Shown: positions 35,423 through 48,739 of the stretch, in pieces | Numbering within the stretch: the first letter of the stretch is position 1 | Layout of the letters: each line of letters opens with the position of its first letter | Source: Patellaria atrata CBS 101060 | Lineage: Eukaryota | Direction: 5' to 3' | Length of the DNA stretch: 64,000 nucleotides | NCBI GenBank assembly: GCA_010093705.1 | Contig: MU006106.1 | Location: forward strand, 461,086-525,085 | Made by a program: the position numbers and the translations under genes | Notes under the pieces: generated by a model | The model's database searches: none | What the model was told of the DNA's origin: nothing | What the model saw: only the letters and a program-made list of their open reading frames with translations

Positions 35423-36357
35423 AAGAGTGTATACAAATCTAAAACATGTGTGAAAATAAGGAGGTGAGATTCTGCTCTGCATAGCGCTGGAGTTTGGGTA
35501 AGAAGCATAAGGTTCATGGTACCATATTTACTTATAGATATAGCAGCCTGTTGGCTCCCTATGCTAGAACTACGAGTATAAATCGGAGCTGTTGAGCGTA
35601 AATTCAAAACAAAATACTACTATGGAACCGTTCTATCCATTGGCCCTCTATGCTATGCTACCAAATAAATCTGACACTACCAGGCCCTACATCAAGCTCG
35701 GTCAAGAGTTATGTTCTTAGAACCATAAACTTCCCGTACAAAAAGTTCCTGACGTATGCGAACTCCTGCAAGATAAAGATTGGATATTCAAACTAAGGAT
35801 AGCTTTACACATTTTCCACAGGGATATGTCTTCGGTACGTATACTTTTCTATCCCCATACAACTACTCTTTGCTTCCCATATTCAGCCGTCGTACAACTT
35901 CCGTCAAAAACTATAGACGGCTAACTATCCTCCGGTACACTCTCCCGGTTGTTAGCAAGGGTATGGGTACGACCTGTGCCCTGATTTTGGTAGTCTTCTC
36001 TGATTTTTGGATCACTTAGGGGTATTTCACATCTGGTTGTCCTGATCCAGTTAATAGCTTTATTCCTCATGGAATGCTATTCCTAGATAAGGTTTTCTCG
36101 GTGATGTCACGGAGAACTGGCATATTAGTCTATTTCGAGAAGGGTGGAGAGCACAGTGAGTAGCAAGGTCAGCGTCAACTGAGACAGTGGTATTGTTTAC
36201 ATTCCACCTTCCCCTAATAGACTTCTTAGCTACGTCAAAGACTGACTGTCAGTACTTGAGAACCAAACGTCATCCAGGTTCGCCGAAAACGAGGTCACAA
36301 ATGCGAAGACAGAGCTTCTCTCCAATATTGACGTCCACCAATCTCTATCATATCACA

Positions 36358-37061
36358 ATGGTCATAAAAACATTCAAATCCCTCACTCTCTTCCTCATAC
36401 TGAATCATTACACCTCCCTTCACAGTCTAGCGATGACAATCACACAGACAGAGACCTACACTTGCATTACCGACTGCCCCTCCTCCTTTTTCACCGATCC
36501 TCCGATAGCTATCGCCGCTTTAGCACCAACCCCAGATCCAGATGCATGGAGTGACTCCCGCATCGCCGCCGGTGCGCCCTTCAACATAGAGGTTGTTCAC
36601 GTCGATCCCTCGGGCTGGTTCACCTGGTATCCCCCCGCGCGCTCATGGCTCCTCTCCAACGGTAACACAACCACGAACCGCTCACGTGCTACCATTTACC
36701 GCATCCTCAACGGGCGGCTCTCCGCTCCTAGTGGGTGGGTCTCGACTACGCGCGGCCTACGAAATAAAGCATTTGCGGTCTCCCAGACGGTGGGTGACGT
36801 GCAGCAGTGGGTCTTCACGACAGATACAATGCTGAACTGGACGAGCGAGGCGTTTACCGGGGGCGTAGCACAGTTCTATAAGTTACCGCCTGGGTTTTTA
36901 GGAAATGCGAGAGTATTGGTCAAATTTGTTGGAGGAATGCAACCAAGCAGGGGGTGGAGCCCTATTGTTCTTTGGGCAAGGGAGGGTGAGTACTTTCTTT
37001 TCCGTGGCGGTGAGGTTCTAAAGGTTTCGAGAAAAGAGATACTGATTTAGATGGTAGTTGA
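36358..37061 (+). CDS. Putative secreted beta-rich protein (resembles fungal DUF7908-type domain); intron ~36986-37050
   Basis: Hydrophobic N-terminus MVIKTFKSLTLFLIL, pattern NGRL..GWVST..F...LNWTSEAFTGGVAQF..PIVL; the domain name is from memory, not a search. Confidence 0.6.
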
Positions 37062-38045
37062 AAGCCTACAGGATGAGGATCAAGCAGAGGAGCGATAGTG
37101 AAGGTCATTCGAAAGCTCACTTTGATGGGGCCTTCAACCTCCACTACCTATGATTAAGACTCTACATTTGATCACTGTCTCATCTGTTTTGCTCTATATG
37201 GACTTGGGTCTTATTTCGAGCGCCATATCTCTCTCATTGAGTTTCGCTTCGCGTTTTATGAATCTCTGCTCGCAGTCTAAGGATTACCCTTTTTTCCTTG
37301 CGATCAACTCTTCCTCATCAGTGCCCAGCTATTACCGCTTATCTCTAAAACTTTACCCCGGCACCCTTCCTAAGTTGAAACTCTATGTGTGCTTCAGTTT
37401 TCAAGCTTACGGTCCAGTCTCCCTCATGCTATAAGAGTCCAGTGCTAAGTTACAGACAATATTTGCCATAGTTGCGATTTAAAGCTTGGAACAGGATATT
37501 TAAAGGTGAGAATAGGATATTTTCATTTCTACAACGGGATGAGAATGAGTGGACGACTATGATATGATGAAGGTTACAGGTTTATTACCTTAGGGTTCCA
37601 GTCTCGAATCACCGTTCCTAAGGGTATTATTGATAATTTATCCTGCGCATGTACTGTATTATTGGGAGGGATAGTTAGCATATAATATACTGGTATATGA
37701 TAACGCTGGTTTCTGTCGTTCACACAATTCTAAAAGTCATTGGTTATTCTTGAAGCTTTTCCTCCTCCGATTCAAAGCTCATTGACTGGTCTTCGATTAA
37801 TAGTAGAGGACCTAACCATAGTAATATTTCATAGGATTCAAGATTGACCGAGCTATTCGCTATTTGATGGTGCTGTAACAGCCATTTGACTCCTTTTATT
37901 AGAGGTGCCCGATGCTCAATTTGGTTTAGCGCAGAATTCCCGAAGCACCAAATTTCGCGACCTTGGCAATTTTGAAGGCCACAACCTCACAACAGCAACG
38001 ACAAACCTCTCGAAATCAATCTTCGACAGTAACAAAACCGTCGCA

Positions 38046-38433
38046 ATGGCCAGTATGTGAAATGAGTATTTTTTTTAAGTGAGCAGAATGCTAACAGTAT
38101 CTTTCTCAGAGTCAAAGAATTCGTCCCAGCACAATCAAGCGAAGAAAAACCACCGGAACGGGTATGCGGATTCAAAAATAAGAGCGAGGGTTGCAAGGAA
38201 GATGGACTAACCTGCTGGATATTATAGTATCAAGAAGCCAAAGACTCACCGATACCCTTCTCTCAAAGGCACCGATCCTAAGTTCCGACGGAATCATAGA
38301 CATGCACTCCACGGCACGATGAAAGCATTGGTGCGTCAAATACCGATTTGCTATAACTACCCAGATTCGCCATAGCAGGACTGACGTATCTCTATAGAAG
38401 GAAGTCAAAGAGGGCAAACGAGATGCGGCATAA
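38046..38433 (+). CDS. RPL29: 60S ribosomal protein L29 (eL29); exons 38046-38052, 38110-38161, 38228-38330, 38398-38433
   Basis: Spliced translation [65 protein letters not shown]; absent from the ORF track. Confidence 0.97.
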
Positions 38434-40248
38434 ATAAACTTGTTGACACCTGGGACGGTTTTCATTTCATGAACGATTCAAACATGGTGGCGTAATCGAG
38501 CTGGTTGACTTCTTAAGATCATTCTAGCTACAGAATGAAAACACTTGTCTGATGCCAGTATCTTTTTTTTTTCCTTTTTTAGAGTCTTGCTCCTTGCACC
38601 TTGCCCCGAATTCATGCTTTCCACTGGCCTATTAAGCCTCAACGCGACCCTTGATCAAAGTACCCTTTCCAGCCACTGTATCTGTGGTTTTACTGAACAG
38701 TGATCTTCGATCCTCAAAATTTTGGCATTTTTGTGTACAGTACTGCGCCTTCCCATGCGCTTCTACTGAAGGGATATACGATGCCTAGATAGACCTGACC
38801 ATTTCATTACCAAACACCTCTCCTGACATATCCATGAGGAGATGGTGCATGGAGAATTGGTGACATTTAAACTCTCCTTTAACATTAATTTACTTTTTTT
38901 GTCTACTGCACTCTGAACATCTCGCCGGGAGCACATATGCTAAACCGTGAAGAACATTTTGACCCCAATGCAGTTTCTCTCTGCTTGCCCTTGAGAGCGG
39001 ACTGGCAGTCGGTGTAGATTTCCAACGTGATGGTTGTAGAGCACTTTTCACTTTTTATGCGTGTCCGTTTCCAAGTAATCTATGTCTGATCATAATTCGA
39101 CGAGAGGGCTCAAAGGTTTTACTTCCAAAGCGTCTCCCGATTCGCTAGACACTATATTCTACAAGTACTCTACGGCGTACTCATGGGGCCGGCGTCCCAC
39201 GTACCATATAGAGTAATCTACGGGATGCTCTATAGCTTTGTATGTTCCACGGCTCTGGACTCCACGACATGCACCGAGACGCACTCTCCTAAGTATGTTT
39301 CTCTGGATATACTCTCTGGTATAGCTGTCATATGCTCTATTCTGTGTTTTGTTACATGCTCCATGGTTCGCTCTCAGGTATTCTCCAAGTTGTCTCGAGG
39401 TATGATCTACGTTCGTTCTACAAAAGCGGTTTTGCTGTCGTGAAATATTTTTGTGTGTTCGCTACTCATAACGGGTTGGTTGCCCTAAAAAGAAGACATA
39501 GTCGGGAAGATAAGTCTATTACTGCAACAATAAAAGTCTTAGAAAGAGAAGGGTTAGCGGTTCCTGACAGGATTTTCATCTACCTAGATGTGGACTCACG
39601 CAGACTGCCAGGCTACTAAGTACCTTGAATGACTTCCCCTAGGCACCGTTACCGAAGATCATATTGAAGATGATAATCTGACGAGAGTCTGAGCTGATAT
39701 GCCCAGACCCTATGCACAGGAAAAGGAGTGTTGAACTGTAGTTCAATACAGTTGTGATCTGACGGGACCTTGTCAGTCTTATAGGTAGGTTACTTCTCAT
39801 TAGAGCTGCATCAACAGGATTTTATTCACGGACAAACTTGAGCGGAACTCATCTGCAGAACCCCTATATCCATTTGCGTATTTACAGAAAACAAGACTGG
39901 TCGCTCGACAGACAACCACCCAACATCCTCGGTCCCATCACGTGTTCGGGTGGAAATCTCGCTTTGCTTCCTGTGCACCACACATTTTCATTGCAGATTT
40001 TTGCATACCGAATTCTCCCTTTCTTGCAGTCTTCTTTTTTTCTGGACAAACCAACTCAGGGTGTTGAGGAAGGTACGGACTTACCGACGCGTACCTGCCA
40101 AAACAGAAACCTGCTCAGAAGCTGGAGCTCCTTTTGTTGACAAACACCCGATTTCTATTTCATTTACTTATCTCCTCCTCTCTACCTTAATTACCACCAC
40201 ATCTAAAAGCACTATTTTTTTGAAGCCGAGATTCAGATCAAATTCAAG

Positions 40249-42212
40249 ATGGATTCGCATCAGTCTTCCAATCGCAAAGTCGAAACCACCATTCCCTTCC
40301 CACCCTTTTTTTCTGGTCCGCTTTCTTATGCTGATCGTCCTGGTGATCCTTCTTACGAAAATCCCACTTTTAGAGATACTGCTTCTGGTCATCCTCCTTC
40401 CGGAGCATTTTTAACCCCAGGTAGCATAGCAGATATCAGTCTATCAAGATCAAAAAACCAGGCGCCGCGCTCAAAGACCTCATTGCTCAGCGTGGAAACA
40501 GGTCTTGATCGTGACCGACAATCTGATCGCGAGAACTCACAAGAAAGCGTGTCGCCTATGCTTGCAAAACCAAAAGAGAAACTCTCCGGATATTTCTCGA
40601 AGTGCCCTTCCAGTGGTAAATCCGAGCTCTTTACCGAAGACCCATTTCCTGCGCAAAAGGAATTAATGGGCGGCAATCATACCATTACCCCTGAAATGGA
40701 CCAGATTTTGGAGTCCATCTTCACTGCGATACAGAACGATCCGTATCGCGCTCTCCCGGCGCAAATGAACGCCTCAATCCTCTATGCGATAGAGGAATAT
40801 CGGAGCCTTGTAGTAGAAAACACTCGTCTCCGATTGGAGAATACTCGCACGCAAGAGACGCTTAGGTCAGTAGCCCTTGACAGGGCATCATATCTCCACG
40901 CGGCCCAGGAGAACGAACGATTGCGGGTCCAGACGGCGGCCAAAAACCAAGCGGAGATTCTCAGACTAAAGTCCATAATCAAAGATAATTTGATCCAATA
41001 CTCTGTTGTAAACAGACGACAGGATGATACAATCCGGCGCAAGAGTAAGTACTAATACAAGATCCCCAAGCTCTTTGATGTCCATTCTGATGTGAATTAG
41101 CGGAGCGCGACCCCTACTCTTCTTCTCCCTCACGGGAGATGTCCCTCCTATCAAGGAGGATGTCTGCGAATCGATATCCCGTTGATCTACCTGTAGGACC
41201 GCCACCCTTGATATCTTATCCACTTTCTGCCGTTTCCTCCGCATCTGAGGAAGTCGGACGTTTCCGAGCCCAAGGACACATAGACAGACGAACTCTTCTA
41301 TCGTCAGAATTCTCTGACTTCAGCGGTTCATTAGGCGGTCCTGGGGATCTCTTGCCTGATGAAGAGGAAGAGCTTCGGGCGAACGCCGCAATAGCAAGCA
41401 CCCGAAACAACAACCATGAGGCATTTGATGCTACGGAAGGTGTTGTTACTATGCAAAAGGGTGTCAAACTCCCCTTGGTCGGAGATGTCACTCAGCGCAA
41501 AAAGAGGAACAGTCGTCCAACGATCGCTCATAAGGCTGATACCGCATACGGAAACGGTACACTTACGTCGATGGATGACGCGCTTGTTGGCGAAGCAGGC
41601 ATCCGAGATCATACGCAATCCATAAGCGGGCCCTTTCTCCATGGTAGTTCTGCGCAAATTGAGCGGCTAAGGGCATTTTCTTTCATTTCTGGTGATGACG
41701 TTATCGACAACACATATAGTCCCATAACACCAAGGTCTCGTGTCCAACCATTCCCGATAGTACGGAAGCCGGTATCAAGTGGGAATATGAAAAATGACAA
41801 GCAGAGTGCTGCACAAAGCCAACAAGCTGCAGACGTGAGGATATTACAAATGCGGAAAGAGAACGTTCCCACGCAGCAGCTTTCTAATGCATATCATATT
41901 CCTCCTAAACCCAATAACATGCCTCAACGAGAGGATTCAAAAGCTAGCATTCAGACCGCAATTCGAGGGTCTGTTCCTGAATATAATCGTACTGCGCAAG
42001 TAGAGGGCGAGAAGGAGGCTACTAGAAAGGGAGGGTATGGTCGAGCTTTCCAGCGAATGCTGGGGCAAAAGAAAGAAAAACCGTCAGACATTGAGCTGAA
42101 GGACTTGAACCGCATCAATACCTGTCCTAGCAGCGTTTCTAGTGTACCAGACCCCAACCTTGGAAAGACACTCGCAAGGAAAAAGAACGAAGCGAATCTG
42201 AAGAAGGGCTGA
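40249..42212 (+). CDS. Hypothetical protein with a central coiled coil and a long disordered C-terminus; intron 41045-41100
   Basis: The 268-aa and 357-aa ORFs join in frame across GTAAGT..TCTGAT..TAG; heptad segment ILYAIEEYRSL..AEILRLKSII. Confidence 0.7.
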
Positions 42213-45200
42213 GGGGCGGGGGAAGTCTGACTCCATCTTCTGGCAGTCAGCAGCAATGCCGGTGAGAACCAGCACCTGGATAGGAAATTGAGGAGATGGG
42301 CGTTGGTTGTTACACGCCGGAGATGAGAATGAACTTCATGTTCATGCACGACAGAGAGGATTTACATGAGGAAATGTGTTACCAAAAAAGCGTCATCTGT
42401 TGCCTTTTGCAGCACTCGGTTGCCCAGAGAGGCATTATTCGATCGAATGCGATCACATCTATTCCCATTTCATATCCCACGTCGCACGCGGCGTGATCAA
42501 AAATCTGTAACGTAGTTCAAATAATAAAACGTGCCTTTTTGCCAAATGGTGTATCAAGTAAATTATCTACGGCGTTCACGTTAGGCGAACAGAATGGATA
42601 TGGGCCAAGGTGTTTTTACTATAGCCAAGGGTAAAATGGGCGTGAAATTACAAAGGTACAGCTCAGAATATTGCATACGGCGAGTTGCGTCAGATATTCC
42701 TCCGTAATAGCCGAGGTGAGGTTATAGATGGGATTTTCTCGCTACAAGCGCTGACAATAAGTCAATATTAAATAGGATTATTATTCATTAACGACCTAGA
42801 ACATTATAGGGTACCGCGAAATGCTAATAGGGCTTTCATTCTAAGCAGAAGAATCTGCTTCACCTGGGATAGCTTGCACTCAACGAAAAATGAAAAATTG
42901 CGAAAAGAATTCAGAAGCGAAGTTCCAGACCTTTTGATATCGGGCAGGCGAACGATAAACTTTCCATCCGTGGCTTAACCTTACGAAGTACGCGTACATC
43001 GATTTAAGGCATTGAAGATCACTGACCAGAAGACTGGTTGGGAGACCCCTCGGGGACGGCGATATCAACGCCACAATATAGCTGTGTCATAGCCTTTTCA
43101 CCAGCCACAGATACAATTTTGTTCGTGGCACGATTGTGACCAACCGACAGGTCCGGGCGATCAGAGCGATTGACGACATACTCGCTAGAGCCGGATTTTC
43201 CGTCTTTCTAGGTTTGGTTGTCGTTGGGCAGTCATGAGTCGAATCAGCTTCGAGCGAGTCAAGTCATACCATCTGTGAACCGTAAAACCGAGAGAAGCGG
43301 AAAATACATTCCCTATGCCGCTATGCGATGAAGGAATCGCAGTTCCCAAAAGATCCGGAAATTATTACTTTCTCATGGTTTTGTATCAACGGACATCGAG
43401 AACCACTCCTGGCCCTCATGGGTTTATGATACAAGTAATGGCTACGGCAATTTTGTCAGTGCCTACCGTATCTTTTGCGTTTATATTCCCTACGCTTATG
43501 CAGTACTAATACTCGATTGGGCTTGGTCGGTAACCAAGAATGGTTGCGCGCGGGAAGATCACGGCCTTCTAGCGCTTGATTCAACATAGTCTTGCATAAG
43601 CGTTAGGAATATTGTTATAGACTTAGAATATTTTGGCATGCGAGAATCAAGCGGTCGTAGGGGTGAGGTGAGTTCCCCTGGGATTATCTTATTAGCAACG
43701 GGAAGACCTCCCCGGCAACAAAGTGTCGGCGACCATTAAGCTTCCTTCCCGGGTCACACCCGCCCATGATGAGAGCGGAGCGCCGGACGTTTGGGACTTT
43801 GGGTAAAAGCATTGACGTTCTGTGTGGCGGGCGGAGACTGCCGCGTTGTCATGAATGCTTCAGGTTTATTCCTTGCTCCCTGCATTCTCAGAGACAGTCA
43901 TCGGTGAGCTGTTGTCTCCTCTCCATCGAGAATTTGCTGTTCGATCAAGGAACCCTTTTCCCCTCACCGCGCCTTTCTTACTCTCATCTTTTCCTTGCCT
44001 GAACACGCTGAAGTCACGTTTCCCTGTTTCCAAGAGTCTTGATAGATATCGAATGAGCTTACGTTGGCTCCAACGCTCAACGGTCGCGCTGAAGGATATC
44101 TCGGGCTCTAAAAGTTTTCAGTGTCAGTGAACGTTTGACAGTTCAACATCGCTGATGGTGAAGACATTCGTAATCAAGCAGTCCTTGAATACCATTTTGC
44201 AGGCGCCCGTTATTTGGGGCGCTCCTCTCCTCATCTCGGTTCTGGAATACAGGTCACTGTGTCAGATTCACTGGACGCCGTGGACTGGTCCTGACGGGTT
44301 TGGCGTTTGAAACAAAACTCAAGGGCGAGCCGAGTGATGGGTTGATTGAGGACTCAAAGTCATCAGCCACAGGATTGGTATGGACAGCCGTTCGGGCGGT
44401 TTACGGCGCGGGGGATCCTCGATTTCCAAAACGCAGGGGAAATTACAGAATGCCATCCAGTGAGCGAAATGACTTGACGGTTGGCAGGGCCGTGAGCTCG
44501 TCGGCCTGGTCAACGTCATTTTGCTAATTGCAACTCCATGTCCATATCTGGTGCTCCGTACATGCAGTGCATGTCGGTAACGTGAGGAAGAGTGTGCTCC
44601 AGAATGCGCCCGTCGCACCTTGACAAATGGATGAGACACGCTCTCTAGAGCTATTAACAGAGGTACTGTACTTACTAAATAAATAACAGTATAGTGCTTA
44701 GTTTCTGTACAACAAAGCAACAGTTTCTTCCCCCCCGCCTGCCTCCAAGAGTCAAAGCGGGCAGAGTGAAAGCCACACGATGGAAATCCCACTCCCTGTC
44801 ATCCAACACGAGATGATATTTCGCCATCTCTTTCCCTAGCCAATGGCATTTTTCAACACTAGCGTGGGAAAGAGTAGCCTTAGGCCGAAAAGTTGAGAAC
44901 CCTTTCTTTAAATCACATCATTCTACGCGCGTCTCAAAGTCCCTCCCATATCCGTACCCACGGGAAATTCGGGGGATTGATAGGGGATCCTCTAAGTCTA
45001 CGAGCCACAGTTCGATCGATGATAGACATGGGAAAGCATGTGGCACGTTTGGAGCTGCAAAGACCGCGTGGCTTTCTCTTGGGCATCCAGTCAGGGTTAG
45101 CGGACTGCCTAAAAGACAGGCGGTTGTACCGATAGCCTCTGGTGATATGTGGATATGTAATAGACGCTGTGGCTAGAACCCGGTAGCAGATAGTACTGGG

Positions 45201-45839
45201 ATGAAGGAAGTTACGGATACTTCGATATGCCCTAAAATAATACTGGAGTCAGATAGAGGTACAGTAGTAGAAGAAAACAGGAGTGCTAGAACGACTGGGA
45301 CAAATCTTCCACCTGAGGCAACGTAGGGCTCTGTGGCTGTGCGGTCTGCGTAGGGAAATGATAGACAATGATAGACGAGCCTAAGTCGATGGGCGTGATA
45401 GCCAGGGCCCGATTTGCTTCGCTGGGAGAGTTACGAAAAGCAAGCCAGCAAGCATATTTGTGACACTCGATGCTCTTCTCTTACACTTGCCCATTTTACA
45501 TTACTTTTCTTTCTTTCATCGCCGGCCGCTCCACATCATCTCCAGCAGACGCGATGCCGACCACTTGGCGTTCTCCGTAGACCTTCTCTACTTCTCTAGC
45601 GCAGTCCCGCCCGCTAGGTCACGCAAAGAGATCACTGCTTTCGCCTTTTTATTAAGGGTATCTAACCCTTTCGCCCTTGTCCTCATTTCAACTTGCTGTG
45701 GCTTGACCTCTTTGCGGCGCCTCATATCATGTTTCAGATCTACACCGACCTGATCTTTCACCAGTGAATTCCAACAGAAGTTCAAACTTTCGTAGATGCT
45801 TCTATCACTTTGAGCCTGAGTTTGTCGACTTCTTCAGAG

Positions 45840-48739
45840 ATGTTTCGAAATCGGTGAGTTCTGCTGCTCGTTGAGCGTCCAGCATTACACCTTGCGCGAG
45901 CCTTGTCGCGCGTACCTTCGGCGCGCAAACCTCAGATACTCTCCCCAAATGTCCACCGAGAGCTGACCTTGCCATAGAACCAACTCGCAGAAACCGACCG
46001 ACGAGCTCTATGAGCATTTCAAAGCGACATTTCCCTCGTTAGGAACGAGGGCGCCTGTCTCTGCATCGCAGACCAGCACCTCTCTCACCGATGCACTTGA
46101 TGTAGCCCTTCATTCTCGGTAGGTTCCCTCTCTCTCAGTACGGTGTTGTACGGTTACCCGGGAGTTTCGCTGGCTAGTGGAATCACCCTTCAGCTGGCGC
46201 GCATCACCTTCCCTCATCAAGTCATGAACATCGCAATACCAATATTTCAAAAATTAAAAAAAAATCGCATGATAAAAAAAAATAATTGTACTAATAATCG
46301 AATGTTTCCTTACAGTACTTTTGGGGATGGCGAAGATATCAAAGATCAAGATCCTACTCCAAAAGGGTCGAGCGAGAACTGGCGATTCACGCCGTCTCTG
46401 CTCGACCCTAATAGTTTCGCATTCACGTCTTTCGCAAATCAACCACCTGGCTATTATACACCGACACCAGGCGGGACGAATACTTTATATCATAGCCAGG
46501 CAGGCGACCTTCACACCCCCGGATTCAGCATGGGATTAGGCACTCCGTTATCACTACCAACTTCAGAAGGCACGCTTCATGCTAGCCAAACTTCCACCGG
46601 GATGCCTCCCTTCCACGGTCATGCTATCGCTCCAATTCATTTTCAGAATCCTCATCCTTTCGGCCTGCATCATGCTCAACATCCCCCTCAGCATCATCCG
46701 ACCTTCGCTCCGCATCAATTCACTCATCATCAACCTACCGCTTTCGATCCACTCGGTCACCAACCGGAGGAACCAACTATGGATAATTTGCCTGCCGATG
46801 TGGATATGCAGGAGCATTCTCCAGTCCTAGCATTCCCACAGCAAGCTTACGGGGACACGATGCACCCGCCTCCAATGCGGCAGTCACTTGAGAAGTAAGT
46901 TTCGTCCCTTCAGTATGCTTTTTCTTACTGTTCTGCTGTGAGTTGTCGAGTATTAACGTTTTGTAGCTTCCGTTGGCATGTTACGCTGAATGCGCCGACA
47001 GCCATGATCAAGCATGCGGATGAGATACCTGTGACCTACTTAAATAAAGGTCAAGCGTATTCCGTTTCAATCATTGACACTGCACCTCCTCCAATCACAG
47101 GAATCCCTCAGAAGTACCGGACGTTCATCCGAATCTCTTTTGAGGACCAGGAGCAACGGGCACGTCCAGGTGCTTGTTGGCAGCTTTGGAAAGAAGGTAG
47201 AGGGACTAACGAAGCGCATCAACGTGGTGGTAGACTGCAAGCTGTCGAATTCGTCGATCAGAATCAAGGTGGTGGAGCCGAAGTCTCAGGGCGACCGAGG
47301 ATAGAACTCGACTCCTCTTCTTTCGATGGTTTCTCTGTCACTTGGAGTCCCGCACCAGGCGCAGGTGCTGAATGTGCTGTCTCGGTCCGCTTCAACTTCC
47401 TTTCCACAGATTTCAGCCATTCAAAGGGCGTCAAAGGTATACCTGTGAGGCTATGTGCCAAAACAGAGATACTTGACACACAAGTTCCAGGCGCTCCAGA
47501 AATCCCGGCGCCGGAGATCTGTTATTGCAAGGTCAAACTCTTCAGAGACCATGGTGCCGAGCGCAAACTTTCTAACGATGTCGCGCACGTCAAGAAGACA
47601 ATAGACAAGCTTAAACAGCAAATAGCGCAAGCAGAATCAGGTATGAAGGATTTCGGGAAAAGAAAACGCAGCGGGTCGATAGCGAAACCATCCGCCAGTA
47701 CGAGACCTGGGAAGGTTCCTAAGCATAAGAGGACATGGTCCATGTCCTCTGTCGGCTCTCAAGGCAATCGCCCAGCAGCTGAGGAAGATTTACACCTCAA
47801 GCTTGCCACTTTCCAGGACATGTTCACATCCACCCGTCCTGCAAGCGTGCTTTACCTTAGGGGCGATGAATTGGACGATCCAGATATCCATCCAGTTCGA
47901 CTGACAGGAGAACCCGCTAGCTTGACAAAGCAGGAATCAACCGACTCTGGCGTGGCTAACACATCTATCACATGGGAGAAGCAAAGTGTACAAACAAATC
48001 AAACTTCCTCTATGGTGTCTCCCACCCCGAGCAATCAATCCATTCAATCTGGAGGACGTAGGAGCTCAGGTTTTCAGCAGCCAACACCGTTTAACCCACC
48101 ATCTCGCATGTCATCAAACGAATGGCGAAGCCACGCACAGACCGCTACTCAAGATCTGCATCCACCAATACCAGAACATGGTCCACTTCCTTCAGATACT
48201 CCAATAAAGCTACAGAAACGGCCATCAGAGGGACAGGGTACGATTCCAGGCTGGATAGAAGCAGTAGGAGTAGATTATTCATATCAACCACCACCAGAAC
48301 GTGTGGTAAAACCAGGTTAGTACAGATCTAGTCTTTACAGAACGTTTACTGACGCATTATACCAGTCGCTTGTTTCTACGTCCAACCAAGAATCACTGGA
48401 AAGATACCCGAAGACAATTACTACCGCGCTGTTTACCTTATGCAACGAACCCTCGCAGATTTCGTCGCTGGGATTGCCCAAAAATGCAATATTGAACCTA
48501 CCAAAGTTATCCGAACCATTCATATTACTCAAAAAGGCCTCAACATTCTATTTGACGACGATACCGTGCGTGAACTACCCGAAGGCATGGATTTGACAGC
48601 GGAATTTCACGAAATCACACCTTCCTCCCCGCTTAAGAGAGAATGGGACGCGGGTCCAACGGACGTACAAGTGGATGGCGATGTCGGCACCATTGACAAT
48701 GTCAATTCTTCTGGCTACGAGCTCCGCTTACTTTTCTAA
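45840..48739 (+). CDS. Grainyhead/CP2 family transcription factor (fungal Grh-like); 5 exons, first exon 14 nt (45840-45853)
   Basis: MFRNR|TNSQKP start; LNAPTAM..EIPVTYLNKGQAY, VRFNFLSTDFSHSKGVKGIPVRL, KVKLFRDHGAERKL; C-terminal YYRAVYL domain. Confidence 0.93.

Noticed and set aside
38440..40240. Short ORFs and faint repeats downstream of RPL29
   Set aside because: No consistent spliced frame or recognisable transposon protein could be assembled.
43755..43835. ATGATGA box C within a terminal stem (possible C/D snoRNA)
   Set aside because: The box D position reads CTGT rather than CTGA, and no rRNA-complementary guide was recognised.
44961..45135. GGGAAATTCGGGG matching the RNase P CR-I pattern
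   Set aside because: No convincing CR-V/P4 partner or closing stems were found downstream.
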